Assembly (NCBI GenBank): GCA_965197645.1
Contig: OZ240219.1
Location: forward strand, 64,001 to 128,000
Direction: 5' to 3'
DNA: 64,000 nucleotides
DNA from: Dehalococcoidia bacterium
GTDB lineage: Bacteria > Chloroflexota > Dehalococcoidia > Plut-88900
The translations under genes were made by a program, and so were the position numbers. The number at the start of each line of letters is the position of its first letter. Within the stretch, counting starts at the first letter, position 1. The notes beneath the pieces were generated by a model, which was not told the origin of the DNA, did no database searches, and was given only the letters and a program-made list of their open reading frames with translations. This document shows positions 10,626 through 19,614 of the stretch, one piece after another.

Positions 10626-10681
10626 CGTAGAATGGCGGCCATCCTGCGGTCGAGACAGGCATAGAGCAAAGGGGGAAGACA

Positions 10682-11719
10682 ATGGCAACCGACGACCCGA
10701 ACGAAGGAAGAATGTTCGGCTCCCAGTTCAACGTCGTGCCGGGAGGCGCCGGGGGCTACCCCTTCGTGGGAATCCCCAGCTTCATGAGCGTCCCCATATG
10801 CACGGACCTCGACAAGCTGGATGCGGACATCGCCATCATGGGAGCGCCAACGGACGAGGGTTCACCCTTCCTGCCCGGCGCTCGACTCGGGACACGGTCC
10901 ATCCGCGAGCACTCAATGCGGTTCGGCAACGCCGGCTACTACGACCACAACGTGCAGAAGGAGTTTCTGGCCGACGAGTTGCAGGGACGGCGGATAGTGG
11001 ACGTGGGCGATGCCAATGTTCAGGTTACCCAGCCGGACGTCACCTTCGACAACATCACTGCTCTAACCAAGGCCGTGGTGGACAGGGGCGCCATGCCGGT
11101 GGTCATCGGCGGGGACCACGCCATCAGCTTCCCCATCGCCAGGGCCTTCAACGAGCCGTTTCACGTCGTCCACTTCGACGCCCACATCGATTACGTGCCC
11201 TTCTGGCACGGGTTTCAGTACACCAACGGCCACGCCTTCCGGCTGATTCGCACCCTGGACAACTGCCGGAGCATGACCCAGGTGGGAATCCGGAGCCTTC
11301 GGAATGCGAAGTCCTGGATAGAGGACGCGCTGGCGGACGGCAACCGGGTCATCAACATGCAGCAGTTCCGGGACGAGAAGCCCAGCGGGATAGTGGGTGG
11401 GATACCCCGGGACTCCAAGATCTACGTAAGCATAGACGTGGATGTGCTCGACAATACCCTGGTGCCGGGCTGCGTCTCGGCCGAGCCGGATGGGATGATG
11501 TACAACGAGCTCCGGGACACCCTTTTCGCACTGGCGGAGCACACGGAGATCATCGGGTTCGATCTGTGCGAGGTGAACCCGCAGCTGGACGTACGGACCG
11601 GGGTAACCTCCTACCTGGCGGCCCACACGATTATCGAGTTCCTCTCGCGCATCTGCGATCAGCCTCGGTGGGCGAAGCGCAAAGAGGCTAGGCAGTCTGC
11701 AAAGGAAAGCAGCGGCTAA
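10682..11719 (+). CDS. Ureohydrolase (agmatinase/guanidino-hydrolase family)
   Basis: GGDHAIS, HFDAHID, SIDVDVLD, EVNP metal-binding motifs. Confidence 0.9.
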   Translation: MATDDPNEGRMFGSQFNVVPGGAGGYPFVGIPSFMSVPICTDLDKLDADIAIMGAPTDEGSPFLPGARLGTRSIREHSMRFGNAGYYDHNVQKEFLADELQGRRIVDVGDANVQVTQPDVTFDNITALTKAVVDRGAMPVVIGGDHAISFPIARAFNEPFHVVHFDAHIDYVPFWHGFQYTNGHAFRLIRTLDNCRSMTQVGIRSLRNAKSWIEDALADGNRVINMQQFRDEKPSGIVGGIPRDSKIYVSIDVDVLDNTLVPGCVSAEPDGMMYNELRDTLFALAEHTEIIGFDLCEVNPQLDVRTGVTSYLAAHTIIEFLSRICDQPRWAKRKEARQSAKESSG

Positions 11720-11779
11720 GCCGCAGCGACAAGCAAGGGGCGTGCCAACGAACCTGTCTCAAGACTTGGCACCGAGGAA

Positions 11780-11829
11780 GTCCAGAGGGAAACTTCCCTC
11801 TGGCAGGGGGCCTGGGGGATGTTCCCCCA
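11780..11829 (+). repeat. Intergenic palindromic repeat family B, copy 1
   Basis: GTCCAGAGGGAAACTTCCCTCTGGCAGGGGGCCTGGGGGATGTTCCCCCA; related to reverse complement of 16041-16120. Confidence 0.7.
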
Positions 11830-11990
11830 TTAACAAAACCATCCGCTGGCAGGTGGAACACATTTGCCCCCCTCATTCACGGCCGGGGTAAGACTGAAAA
11901 TTGATGAGATTGTGGGCCCGTGGCTTCCGATCTCCCGGATCGTGTGATTGATCGTATTACCTCATGGGCAGAGGCACTCTTAGGTGATAG

Positions 11991-12734
11991 TTGGTTACGA
12001 GAGGAATAGGAGGCGGAGACGAACCGCTTTTTTCACATTACCGCCGTTGGGCACTGAGTCTGGCCGTCGTCGCCATGGCTGTCGGCGGCGGGCTGACATG
12101 GTGGTCGCTCACTGGCCAGGACGACTACACGGAGGTCAGTGGAGCGCTGGAGCAGGCCTGTCGTGCATCGCAGACGATCCAGGACTTCGACATACTCTGG
12201 TACGGCGAGTTCCATGAAGACGGCAAAAGGATCGAAGAGGCCAGCGGGTACTCCAACTTCTACGTCTCCGGGGAGTCCTATCACCTGGTGGCCACGTCGG
12301 CGATAGGGGGAATCAAGATCGAGCGTCTGTACTATGACGGGGACCTGTACTTCATGGACCTCAACCAAGAGGGCAAATGGGACAAGAAGTTTTCCAACAC
12401 CCAGGGCTTGGGCTGGCCCTTCAACGCGGACTCCATCTGCCCTAACCTCGCTCACTTCACCTACGAGGGCAGGTCCAAGGTGGAGGACGAGAACACCAGG
12501 TACTTCACGTCTCCCACAGTCGATGGGGAACCCTACGGGGAAGCGCCGGTGGGTCCTGACGCGTTTTCCGAGGTACGAGACTGGGGGATCTGGATCAACG
12601 AGGAAGGGTACATAGTGAAGGTGGTCTACTCGGTGGTGTTCCCCAAGATCGAGGGCGAACCGGTCAAGACGGGCAGCGTCCTGGCCGTAGTCTCCGGCCA
12701 CGGTGAGCCAAATAATCTGCCAATCCCCAGATAG
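11991..12734 (+). CDS. Hypothetical membrane-anchored/secreted protein (beta-rich, possibly LppX/LolA-like)
   Basis: N-terminal TM segment then soluble domain; C-terminal pattern IWINEEGYIVKV...SGHGEPN.LP.P; start uncertain. Confidence 0.55.
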   Translation: MVTRGIGGGDEPLFSHYRRWALSLAVVAMAVGGGLTWWSLTGQDDYTEVSGALEQACRASQTIQDFDILWYGEFHEDGKRIEEASGYSNFYVSGESYHLVATSAIGGIKIERLYYDGDLYFMDLNQEGKWDKKFSNTQGLGWPFNADSICPNLAHFTYEGRSKVEDENTRYFTSPTVDGEPYGEAPVGPDAFSEVRDWGIWINEEGYIVKVVYSVVFPKIEGEPVKTGSVLAVVSGHGEPNNLPIPR

Positions 12735-12744
12735 GAGGGCAGAG

Positions 12745-12915
12745 ATGACCACAGATAGCGCACTATCGGCGGATGAGCGCCGAGAGATACTCAAGGAGAC
12801 GGTGGCCAACTGGATAGCCCAGGGCTGGCGGCTGGAAGTTCTAGGTCTCTGCCCTTGTGCTTACACCAGAGAGCCGGATGACAAGAAAGCGCCACACCCG
12901 GTTCGCAGAGGCTGA
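12745..12915 (+). pseudogene. Truncated hypothetical gene (MTTDSALSADERREILKETVANWIAQGWRLEV...)
   Basis: AGGAGG RBS and ATG; protein-like for about 32 codons, then abruptly atypical after about 12840. Confidence 0.4.
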
Positions 12916-12978
12916 CAGAAAAACGTTTCTGTAACTCGGACCAACTCTCCGACGGCTAACCGGGGAGTTGCCGCCCGG

Positions 12979-14079
12979 CTAGTTGTGGCAGCCCCGGGCG
13001 GGGATGTCACCGACGTACTCGACCATCCCGTTCCTGACGGCGACGTACTGGTCCCAGCGATTCATCAGCATGTCCTGCTGACCGTTGACCAGTTGGAACT
13101 TGTCCCCAATCGAAACACCCGAGGATTCGGGTAGCTGGAAGACGATCTGCTCCTCGTGGAGGGCCGTTACGGTCGCACCGTCAATACCTTCGACTTCTGG
13201 AAGAACGCCGCCCGGCGACGCCATGGCCCTGCTCCCGACGTCACCTATGGCCACACCAGGCCTGGGCGTGCTGATTACGGTGCCCAGGACCTTGCCGGCG
13301 ATGCGGAACTCGTCCATGTAGTCGTAGGTGTGGGACATGAGCATGTAGGTACCGCCCTCGACCTCTGTGACGCCGGCAATGTCAGCGGCGATGTCATAGC
13401 TCCAACTCTCCCCCGTGGAGACGATCTCCACAGGGATGTCGGCGGCCTCGATGGCGCTTTTGGCGTCCAGGCAGATCTGGAAGTACTTGCGAGCGCCAAT
13501 CAGTCGGGTCTCCTTGTCCGGTTTGCCGGGTAGCGTCTGGTGGCTCATCACCCCACGGAAGGCGATGCCCGGAAGCTCGGTGGCCAGCTTGGCAAGCTCG
13601 ACGCCCTGATGGAACTCCCGGGTGCCGGCCCTGCCCATGGAGGTGTCGACCTCGATGAGCACGCCAATTGTAGCGCCGCGCCGTGAGGCGATCTCGGAGA
13701 GCTTGGCCAGGTTTCGGGGGTCATCGATGGCTACCTTGACGTCCGCCTGTTGTGCAAGAGAGCATATCCGATCGATCTTGTCCTCGGTTACCACCTGGTT
13801 CGGGATGAGGATATCGTGGATACCGCCCTCCACCATGACCTCAGCCTCGGCGACCTTGGCAGTACACACGCCGCCGTGGGTGCCGCCGGCCCTGATCTGC
13901 ATGTGGGCCAGCAGGGGGCTCTTGGTGTTCTTGGTGTGGTGGCGCATCTTGACCTGGGTATCGGCGTAGGTATCGGCGATGATGGACAGGTTGTGCTCCA
14001 GGTCATCGAGATCGATGAGTAGTACGGGGGTGTCCAGGTCTTCTACCGGAGTTCCCATTGCAGGTCGATAGCGTTCCAT
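12979..14079 (-). CDS. DSD1/D-threonine aldolase family PLP enzyme (alanine racemase fold III)
   Basis: LDTPVLLIDLD, RHHTKNTKS (PLP Lys), CTAKVAEAE, IEVDTSMGRAG, ARGC C-terminus. Confidence 0.88.
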   Translation of the reverse strand: MERYRPAMGTPVEDLDTPVLLIDLDDLEHNLSIIADTYADTQVKMRHHTKNTKSPLLAHMQIRAGGTHGGVCTAKVAEAEVMVEGGIHDILIPNQVVTEDKIDRICSLAQQADVKVAIDDPRNLAKLSEIASRRGATIGVLIEVDTSMGRAGTREFHQGVELAKLATELPGIAFRGVMSHQTLPGKPDKETRLIGARKYFQICLDAKSAIEAADIPVEIVSTGESWSYDIAADIAGVTEVEGGTYMLMSHTYDYMDEFRIAGKVLGTVISTPRPGVAIGDVGSRAMASPGGVLPEVEGIDGATVTALHEEQIVFQLPESSGVSIGDKFQLVNGQQDMLMNRWDQYVAVRNGMVEYVGDIPARGCHN

Positions 14080-14318
14080 GGTGGCCTCTAGTCCAGTATG
14101 AGCGCTTCAAGTCTGAAGCGGATGTACGTGGTGGCCCTAGTATAGGGCAGATGAACGAACAGTGGTAAGGGGAACGATGGGGGTGTGCTACAATCCGGCT
14201 GCCCCTCCGCCACTCACCTCTTGATCAGAGCTCTCCCGTGAGCGAGGTTGGAAGATTGGGTACCGGAGCGGCCCCGGCTGATCCAGGATTTTGAAACGTG
14301 GAGAAGGGAGCTTAGACG

Positions 14319-14678
14319 ATGGATACGAAGGGAAGTTACCTTTTCGTAGCGGCGATGGACGTGAACCCGGACAAGGAGCCTCTATTCAACGAGATATATG
14401 ACACCGAGCACGTACCCTTTGTAAGCGAGGTCCCCGGGGTAATTTCGGCGGCCCGATACGAGAGGCAGGAGCTGACGATGCTCATCGGCGGCGAGAGGCG
14501 GACCATCCGCATAGAAGATGCCCCGAAGTACGCGGCCCTGTACGAAATCGAGTCGCCGGACGTCCTGACAAGCGAGGCCTGGGGGTCGGCTGTGGAGCGG
14601 GGCCGTTGGCCGGAACACGCCAGGCCCCACACTAGGAACCGCCGGCACACACTGTGGCGGCTGCTGCCCCGCGAGTGA
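14319..14678 (+). CDS. Dimeric alpha-beta barrel hypothetical protein (EthD/DUF4286-like)
   Basis: FNEIYDTEHVP...VPGVISAARY, KYAALYEIES. Confidence 0.7.
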   Translation: MDTKGSYLFVAAMDVNPDKEPLFNEIYDTEHVPFVSEVPGVISAARYERQELTMLIGGERRTIRIEDAPKYAALYEIESPDVLTSEAWGSAVERGRWPEHARPHTRNRRHTLWRLLPRE

Positions 14679-14693
14679 TTTTGGGAGATGGTT

Positions 14694-14899
14694 TAGGGTC
14701 TGTTCACACCCTCGCTTGCAACGTCATTCCGAAACGGAGCGCAGCGTAGTGAGGAATCTATGGCCCATGTTCCCAGACCATCTTGCGCAAGTGGGCCTAT
14801 CGGCTCATATGCGCAATCCCGCGATAATGGAGACCGGTGGGGGAATCGGGTCGCTACTCCCGACAACCCTTTTAGATTCCTCACTGCGTTCGGAATGAC
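14694..14899. repeat. MITE/REP-like palindromic element family A, copy 1 (right outer end degenerate)
   Basis: Outer TAGGGTCTGTTCACA; inner inverted repeat GTCATTCCGAA...GTGAGGAATCTA / TAGATTCCTCACTGCGTTCGGAATGAC; homologous to 57890-58142. Confidence 0.8.
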
Positions 14900-14979
14900 A
14901 ACTAAGCTGCGTAGACATCCAGGTTGGATGTAGTATGCTCACTTCGTGCCGATATCATAGCTAGAGGAGGGAACCGGAT

Positions 14980-15993
14980 ATGGCGATAGTAAGGACGGTT
15001 CTGGGTGACGTATCACCCGACGACATCGGCGTCGTCCTGCCCCATGAACACGCCTTCATGGGCTGGCAGGGAGCGGAAGCCGACCCCCTCAGTCGGTACG
15101 ACGAGGAGGAAACGCTGGACAAGGTCGTGAAGGAGCTGACCACGGCCAAGGAGCGTCACGGGCTGTCCTGCTTCGTCGACGTGACCACGTCGAACAACGG
15201 GCGCAACACGGATTTCCTGGCGGAAGCTTCCCGGCGAAGCGGAGTCCACGTCGTGGCGGCCAGCGGTTTTTACACTGAAAGCATGGGCATACCTTTCTAC
15301 TGGGCCACCAAGTCCACCGACGTCATCGAGGACTACTTTACTAGGGAAATCACCGAGGGAGTCGTCAACACCAATGTCCGATGCGGAATCATAAAGCTGG
15401 CCAGCGGCCCGGCATTCCCGGCGCCCGTACCGGAGTGGGGCTCGGAGCTGGCGCCATATGCCCTCGGACCCACAGCCGTGGAGGAAAAGGGGTTCCGGGC
15501 GGCGGCCCGGGTCCAGAAGAAGCTGGGAGTAGCCATCACCACCCACACCGACGAGAACGATTGGGCGGTCTGCAACATCGGGCTGCGCCAGCTGGACATA
15601 CTGCTGGATGAAGGGGCGGGACCGTCGAAGTGCATCATCGGCCACGCCGACTGGTGCTCAAACATCAGATATCTGGCCGAGATAATGGAACGGGGCGCCA
15701 ACGTAGGTCTCGATACCTTCGCCTATCCCTGGGGCCCGCCGGGCGACATTGGCAGGATAGGGCTGGTGAGTGCGCTGGTGGGCATGGGGTACGCATCGCA
15801 GATGGTGCTGTCCCACGATGTGGTCCTCCACGAATTGAGGCGACCCGGCACCGAAGATGATCCCTCCCTGGAGGGCAAGAACCTGTGCAAGCTCTTCGAG
15901 GAGGCGGTGCCCGCCCTGCTGCAGGCAGGCATCAGCGAGGAGACCATCCATCAGATAACGGTGGAGAACCCTCGCCGGATTCTCGCATTCTAG
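14980..15993 (+). CDS. Phosphotriesterase-related (PTE/PHP) metallohydrolase
   Basis: VRTVLG, PHEH, IKLASG, TTHT, IGHAD, LSHD, NPRRIL. Confidence 0.9.
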   Translation: MAIVRTVLGDVSPDDIGVVLPHEHAFMGWQGAEADPLSRYDEEETLDKVVKELTTAKERHGLSCFVDVTTSNNGRNTDFLAEASRRSGVHVVAASGFYTESMGIPFYWATKSTDVIEDYFTREITEGVVNTNVRCGIIKLASGPAFPAPVPEWGSELAPYALGPTAVEEKGFRAAARVQKKLGVAITTHTDENDWAVCNIGLRQLDILLDEGAGPSKCIIGHADWCSNIRYLAEIMERGANVGLDTFAYPWGPPGDIGRIGLVSALVGMGYASQMVLSHDVVLHELRRPGTEDDPSLEGKNLCKLFEEAVPALLQAGISEETIHQITVENPRRILAF

Positions 15994-16040
15994 CACGTAG
16001 GTGTGGACCGGTTTGGCCCGCCCCAGGTAGGTTTTCCCAA

Positions 16041-16120
16041 CCACCCGCCCTGGGACGTTATTCTGTATTTTGGGGGGCACATCCCCCATATCCCCTGCCA
16101 GAGGGAAGCCCTCTGGACTC
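16041..16120 (-). repeat. Intergenic palindromic repeat family B, copy 2
   Basis: Reverse complement GAGTCCAGAGGGCTTCCCTCTGGCAGGGGATATGGGGGATGTGCCCCCCA...AGGGCGGGTGG; between convergent genes. Confidence 0.75.
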
Positions 16121-16146
16121 CCCGAAGTTCGTCTGCAGGCTCTGGT

Positions 16147-16956
16147 CTACAGGGCTTTCCAGTAGCGCTTGCCCTCGGTGCGGATGAAGTGACCGAAGCT
16201 GGGTGAGACGGCGTGGCCCATGCCCACCAGAGAGCCATCCTTCTCCAAACGTTCGAGTACCGCTTCCCGGGTCTCGCGGGCCTGGTCGTGGAAGGTGTCG
16301 TAGACGATCTGCCAGGCGGTCTCCTCGGCCTGGGCCGGGAAGTTGATGACATCGCCCAGCACGAAGCCTTTCTCGCCCTGTGACTGGATGGCGATGCTCA
16401 TGTGGCCCGGGGTGTGGCCGGGCGTGGGGACCATGGTGACCTCGCCGGTGAGGTTGGTCTCGCCTTCGGCCAACTCCAGCGCTCCCAGGTCCTCCAGGGG
16501 GACGGCCTGCTCGGAGACGTGGGGGTTGCTGGCGATGTCCTTCTTGTAGTAGTCCATGTCGCCCTTGGGGAGCCAGTAGCGGGCGTTGGGAAAGGTGAGC
16601 CTCGGTTGGCCGTTATCGTCGGTTATGTTCCACCCGATGTGGTCGGGGTGCAGGTGGGTGATGGCCACGTGGGTGACGTCGTCGACCGGTACGCCCTTTG
16701 ACTTGAGCTCTTCGAGGAGCTTACCCGGATATCCTGGGCCCAGGCCGGTATCGATCAGTATGGTCTGGCCTTCGGAGCGGACGGCGAAGCAGCCGAAGTT
16801 GACGTTCAGGTTCCCCTCGGCGGTGAGAGAGCCCGGATACTGGTCCCACTGGGCCCTGGTAACCTGGGGGAAAACGTCGCCGTGGGGCACCTCGGCAGCT
16901 TCGTCGGATAGCGAGATGAGCTGGGCGCTGCCTATGGATACCTGATAGTCGGGCAT
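16147..16956 (-). CDS. MBL-fold metallo-hydrolase
   Basis: IDTGLG, THLHPDHIG, TPGHTPGH, LGD. Confidence 0.9.
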   Translation of the reverse strand: MPDYQVSIGSAQLISLSDEAAEVPHGDVFPQVTRAQWDQYPGSLTAEGNLNVNFGCFAVRSEGQTILIDTGLGPGYPGKLLEELKSKGVPVDDVTHVAITHLHPDHIGWNITDDNGQPRLTFPNARYWLPKGDMDYYKKDIASNPHVSEQAVPLEDLGALELAEGETNLTGEVTMVPTPGHTPGHMSIAIQSQGEKGFVLGDVINFPAQAEETAWQIVYDTFHDQARETREAVLERLEKDGSLVGMGHAVSPSFGHFIRTEGKRYWKAL

Positions 16957-17071
16957 GGTGTCCTCCTATTAGCTTTTTGCGGTGGCCTGCCAGAGCCTAA
17001 TTTTACCGGTATGTCAACTGAGGTATTCCCGCCGTCCTGGCGAAAGGTCTGTCCTCCTTGACGCTCCCCAT

Positions 17072-17842
17072 TCAAGCCCAGGCGTCCAGCGAGAACCTAC
17101 TCACCGCGGCCTCGTCCAACTCTACTCCGAGGCCGGGAGCCTCGGGAAGGTCAAGCCGTACCTTGAAGTGCCTGACGGAGGCGTTATCGTCCCCTATAAT
17201 GGTTGTCTGGAGGTACTGGACTCAGACTCTGATTCTGATCTCTTTCTCCTTACCTGGGGTCACGGGCAGAACGCGTAGACTTTATCGGTGGCGTCAACCG
17301 CGCGGGCGCCCAGCTGCAGCATCAAGTTGGCGCCCTCCCCTAGGCGTGCTTCATCCAGGTTGTCCACCCCGTCGGTGATAGCCGACACGGTTTGACGCAA
17401 TAGTCGCGCTACAGCTCGCATGTCGACATGGATCGCCGCGGTCTTACTAGTAGGTGCACTAATCTCATCGATCCTGTCCGCCGAGGCGTTGAGTGTGACG
17501 AGTTCAACAGCGACGTCAAGAATCCACGCCTCATCCAGTATGAGCAGGGGATTTTCGCTGGCGGCCGTGGAGCAGGGTCTCGCGATACATAGCGTCCCAG
17601 ATAGCCTCGGTCTGGTGGGGATCTCGTCCCACCACCACGTCGGCGAGAAGCTCTCGTACCGCGAGGGTCACCAGCACGCCGGCCTTGTGGCCGCAGTAGC
17701 AGAAGCCGATGCCTTCTGCGCCGGTATCGGTGCGGATGCGGACCAGGGTGAAATGCCGCTCGGCGACGGCCCTGGTGGAAAAAGCTATGCCTACGTCCAG
17801 CGGAACGACACAGGTGGCGGCCTCTACGGAAACGACTTTCAT
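17072..17842 (-). pseudogene. Mandelate racemase/muconate lactonizing enzyme pseudogene, central barrel replaced by foreign DNA
   Basis: N-term 17842-~17560 (MKVVSVE...LVRIRTDTGAEGIG...GRDPHQTEAIWDAMY); C-term ~17157-17072 (RLDLPEAPGLGVELDEAAVSRF...); unrelated ORF fragment between. Confidence 0.75.
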
Positions 17843-18183
17843 TCTACGAAGGTCTCCACTTCCAGCAGCAACACTGCATCGCCCCACTGGTTTGGATCGT
17901 CGAGACTCCATTCCTCGGAGGAATTATCCGGTCGAAGCCGAACACCCTCGCTACCGCCGTAGACCAGGAGGGCGGTCCCATCGCCGGAGTCTTCGACTAT
18001 TGCGGCGTAGGCCGGAACGGGCCTGTCTTGGGACCAGCCGGTGACCTCGTAGATGTTCTCGGCCCCGTCAGGACCGAGGGCCTTGACGCGGGACACGGGT
18101 CTCGGTTCCTCTCGGGCATCGAACCCCCGCATGAGGGAGTATGGGCAGTTATCGGATGCCTCGACCTCTACGGTGATTATCAT
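17839..18183 (-). CDS. Hypothetical protein
   Basis: 114-aa ORF with typical codon usage; ATGA overlap with downstream racemase start. Confidence 0.65.
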   Translation of the reverse strand: MIITVEVEASDNCPYSLMRGFDAREEPRPVSRVKALGPDGAENIYEVTGWSQDRPVPAYAAIVEDSGDGTALLVYGGSEGVRLRPDNSSEEWSLDDPNQWGDAVLLLEVETFVE

Positions 18184-18326
18184 GAGTACTAGCTCGGCCA
18201 GCTACGGGGAGTCTACCACATGGCCCTTCTTACGACGGACTTGGGTTAGGTCTGTGGTAGCTGTGATACAATTTCACCACGGGTTGATTCAATCGCGCCG
18301 AAGGGTGCTGGCTCGGAGGGTAAAGG

Positions 18327-18674
18327 ATGCCGATCTACGAGTTTCGCTGTCTCAACTGCTCCAACATTACCGGCGTATTCAAGAGGGAATACGTGGTGCC
18401 GGACAGTGCCCAGTGCGAGCACTGCGGCAGCAACGATACGGTAAAAGCCGTATCGCTGACCAACCACAAGGTGGCCTTCAAGTCCAAGTACAGCGAGGAC
18501 TTCATGGAAAAGTCGTTGCCGTTCCTGAAGAGCCGGAAAGAGCTCAAGGGCGAATTCAACAAGAACCCGCGGGAATCGGATGAAGCGAAAGCGTTCAGGA
18601 TCAACGAGAAGATCGGCGAGCAGATGGACCGGGTGATCACCAAGCAGCTTGACGATATGGGGAAGGGAAAGTAG
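18327..18674 (+). CDS. FmdB-family zinc-ribbon protein
   Basis: MPIYEFRCLNC...CEHCGS. Confidence 0.85.
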   Translation: MPIYEFRCLNCSNITGVFKREYVVPDSAQCEHCGSNDTVKAVSLTNHKVAFKSKYSEDFMEKSLPFLKSRKELKGEFNKNPRESDEAKAFRINEKIGEQMDRVITKQLDDMGKGK

Positions 18675-18771
18675 GCACGGCCTTCACTGGTCCCACCCAA
18701 TAAAGCCAGCCCTTCCCTGTAACTAACGTTCCCCCTCCCAACCCCTTCGCGTTCCAGATTTCGTAGCCGCC

Positions 18772-19479
18772 TTATGCCTTCCTGCTCAGCTCTCGGAGGA
18801 TGGGTATCTCCTCCAGCTTGTCGCCGATCTGGTCCCAGTAGATGCCCTCGGGTCGCGGGTAGGCGGCGTCGCTGGCTATCAGCAGATCGGGGGTGGCGAT
18901 GTAGTCCAGCACGACGTCATGGGAGGTCATCGCGATCTCATTATCCACTATCTGGATGGGATGAACGGTGGTCACCACCGGTGTTTCGACGGAGATCAGG
19001 CCCAAGCTTGCAACCAGTGCGTACTCAAGATCGGAGTAGCCACCGCCCTTGCCCAGCCGAGCCCCATCGGCCTGGACGGCGACTGAACCGCACACGATCA
19101 GATCTATAGCACGCATCTCGTCGGGACGGACAGGCCTGCCCACCTTGAAGGCCCCTTTGATGGAGCTGGCCGCGTTGTGATCTTCTATCCGGTCAGGGTC
19201 CAGCTCCAGGAAGCACTTTTCTGACGTGAGCCGGGGAACGGCCATGTAGACGGTCTTGCCCTCTTGCAGGGCCCGTTTGCGCAGGGGTCTTTGTGGGAGG
19301 TCTGGATTGCTCTTGATCGTCTCGGCCTGTTTCCAGACGTCGGTCTCGAAGACCTTTTCGGCGGCTAGGCCGGCGCCCACGAAGTTGGGAATGCGGCCCC
19401 TGGCGCCGGGGAAGGCGGCTACCTTAGCATCGATCATGGCCTGCCAGATGCGGTCTCGAATCTCTTGTTTGGAGCTCAT
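18772..19479 (-). CDS. 5-formyltetrahydrofolate cyclo-ligase family (MTHFSD-like)
   Basis: GRIPNFVGA, NPDLPQ, VPRL, GSVAV...GARLGKGGGYSDLEY, TTVHP.Q, HD. Confidence 0.88.
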   Translation of the reverse strand: MSSKQEIRDRIWQAMIDAKVAAFPGARGRIPNFVGAGLAAEKVFETDVWKQAETIKSNPDLPQRPLRKRALQEGKTVYMAVPRLTSEKCFLELDPDRIEDHNAASSIKGAFKVGRPVRPDEMRAIDLIVCGSVAVQADGARLGKGGGYSDLEYALVASLGLISVETPVVTTVHPIQIVDNEIAMTSHDVVLDYIATPDLLIASDAAYPRPEGIYWDQIGDKLEEIPILRELSRKA

Positions 19480-19599
19480 GGTTGAGAAGAGATTATAGTG
19501 GAGCAGCAGGTTAGAAAGTAACCGGTACCGGATAGAAGAACCGGGAGTAAGAGACGCTTCGTATTTTTTCGGTCAGGTGTTCTACATCGGTCTCGATTA

Positions 19600-19608
19600 T
19601 GCTAGAAT
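19600..19608 (+). promoter_or_regulatory. Extended -10 promoter (TGcTAGAAT) 6 nt upstream of lhr ATG
   Basis: TGCTAGAAT-AGCCCC-ATG; no Shine-Dalgarno. Confidence 0.5.
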
Positions 19609-19614
19609 AGCCCC

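Noticed and set aside
17531-17533. TGA ending the racemase N-terminal ORF as possible Sec codon
   Set aside because: It lies within the foreign insert after the junction; no Cys equivalent and no in-frame homologous continuation.
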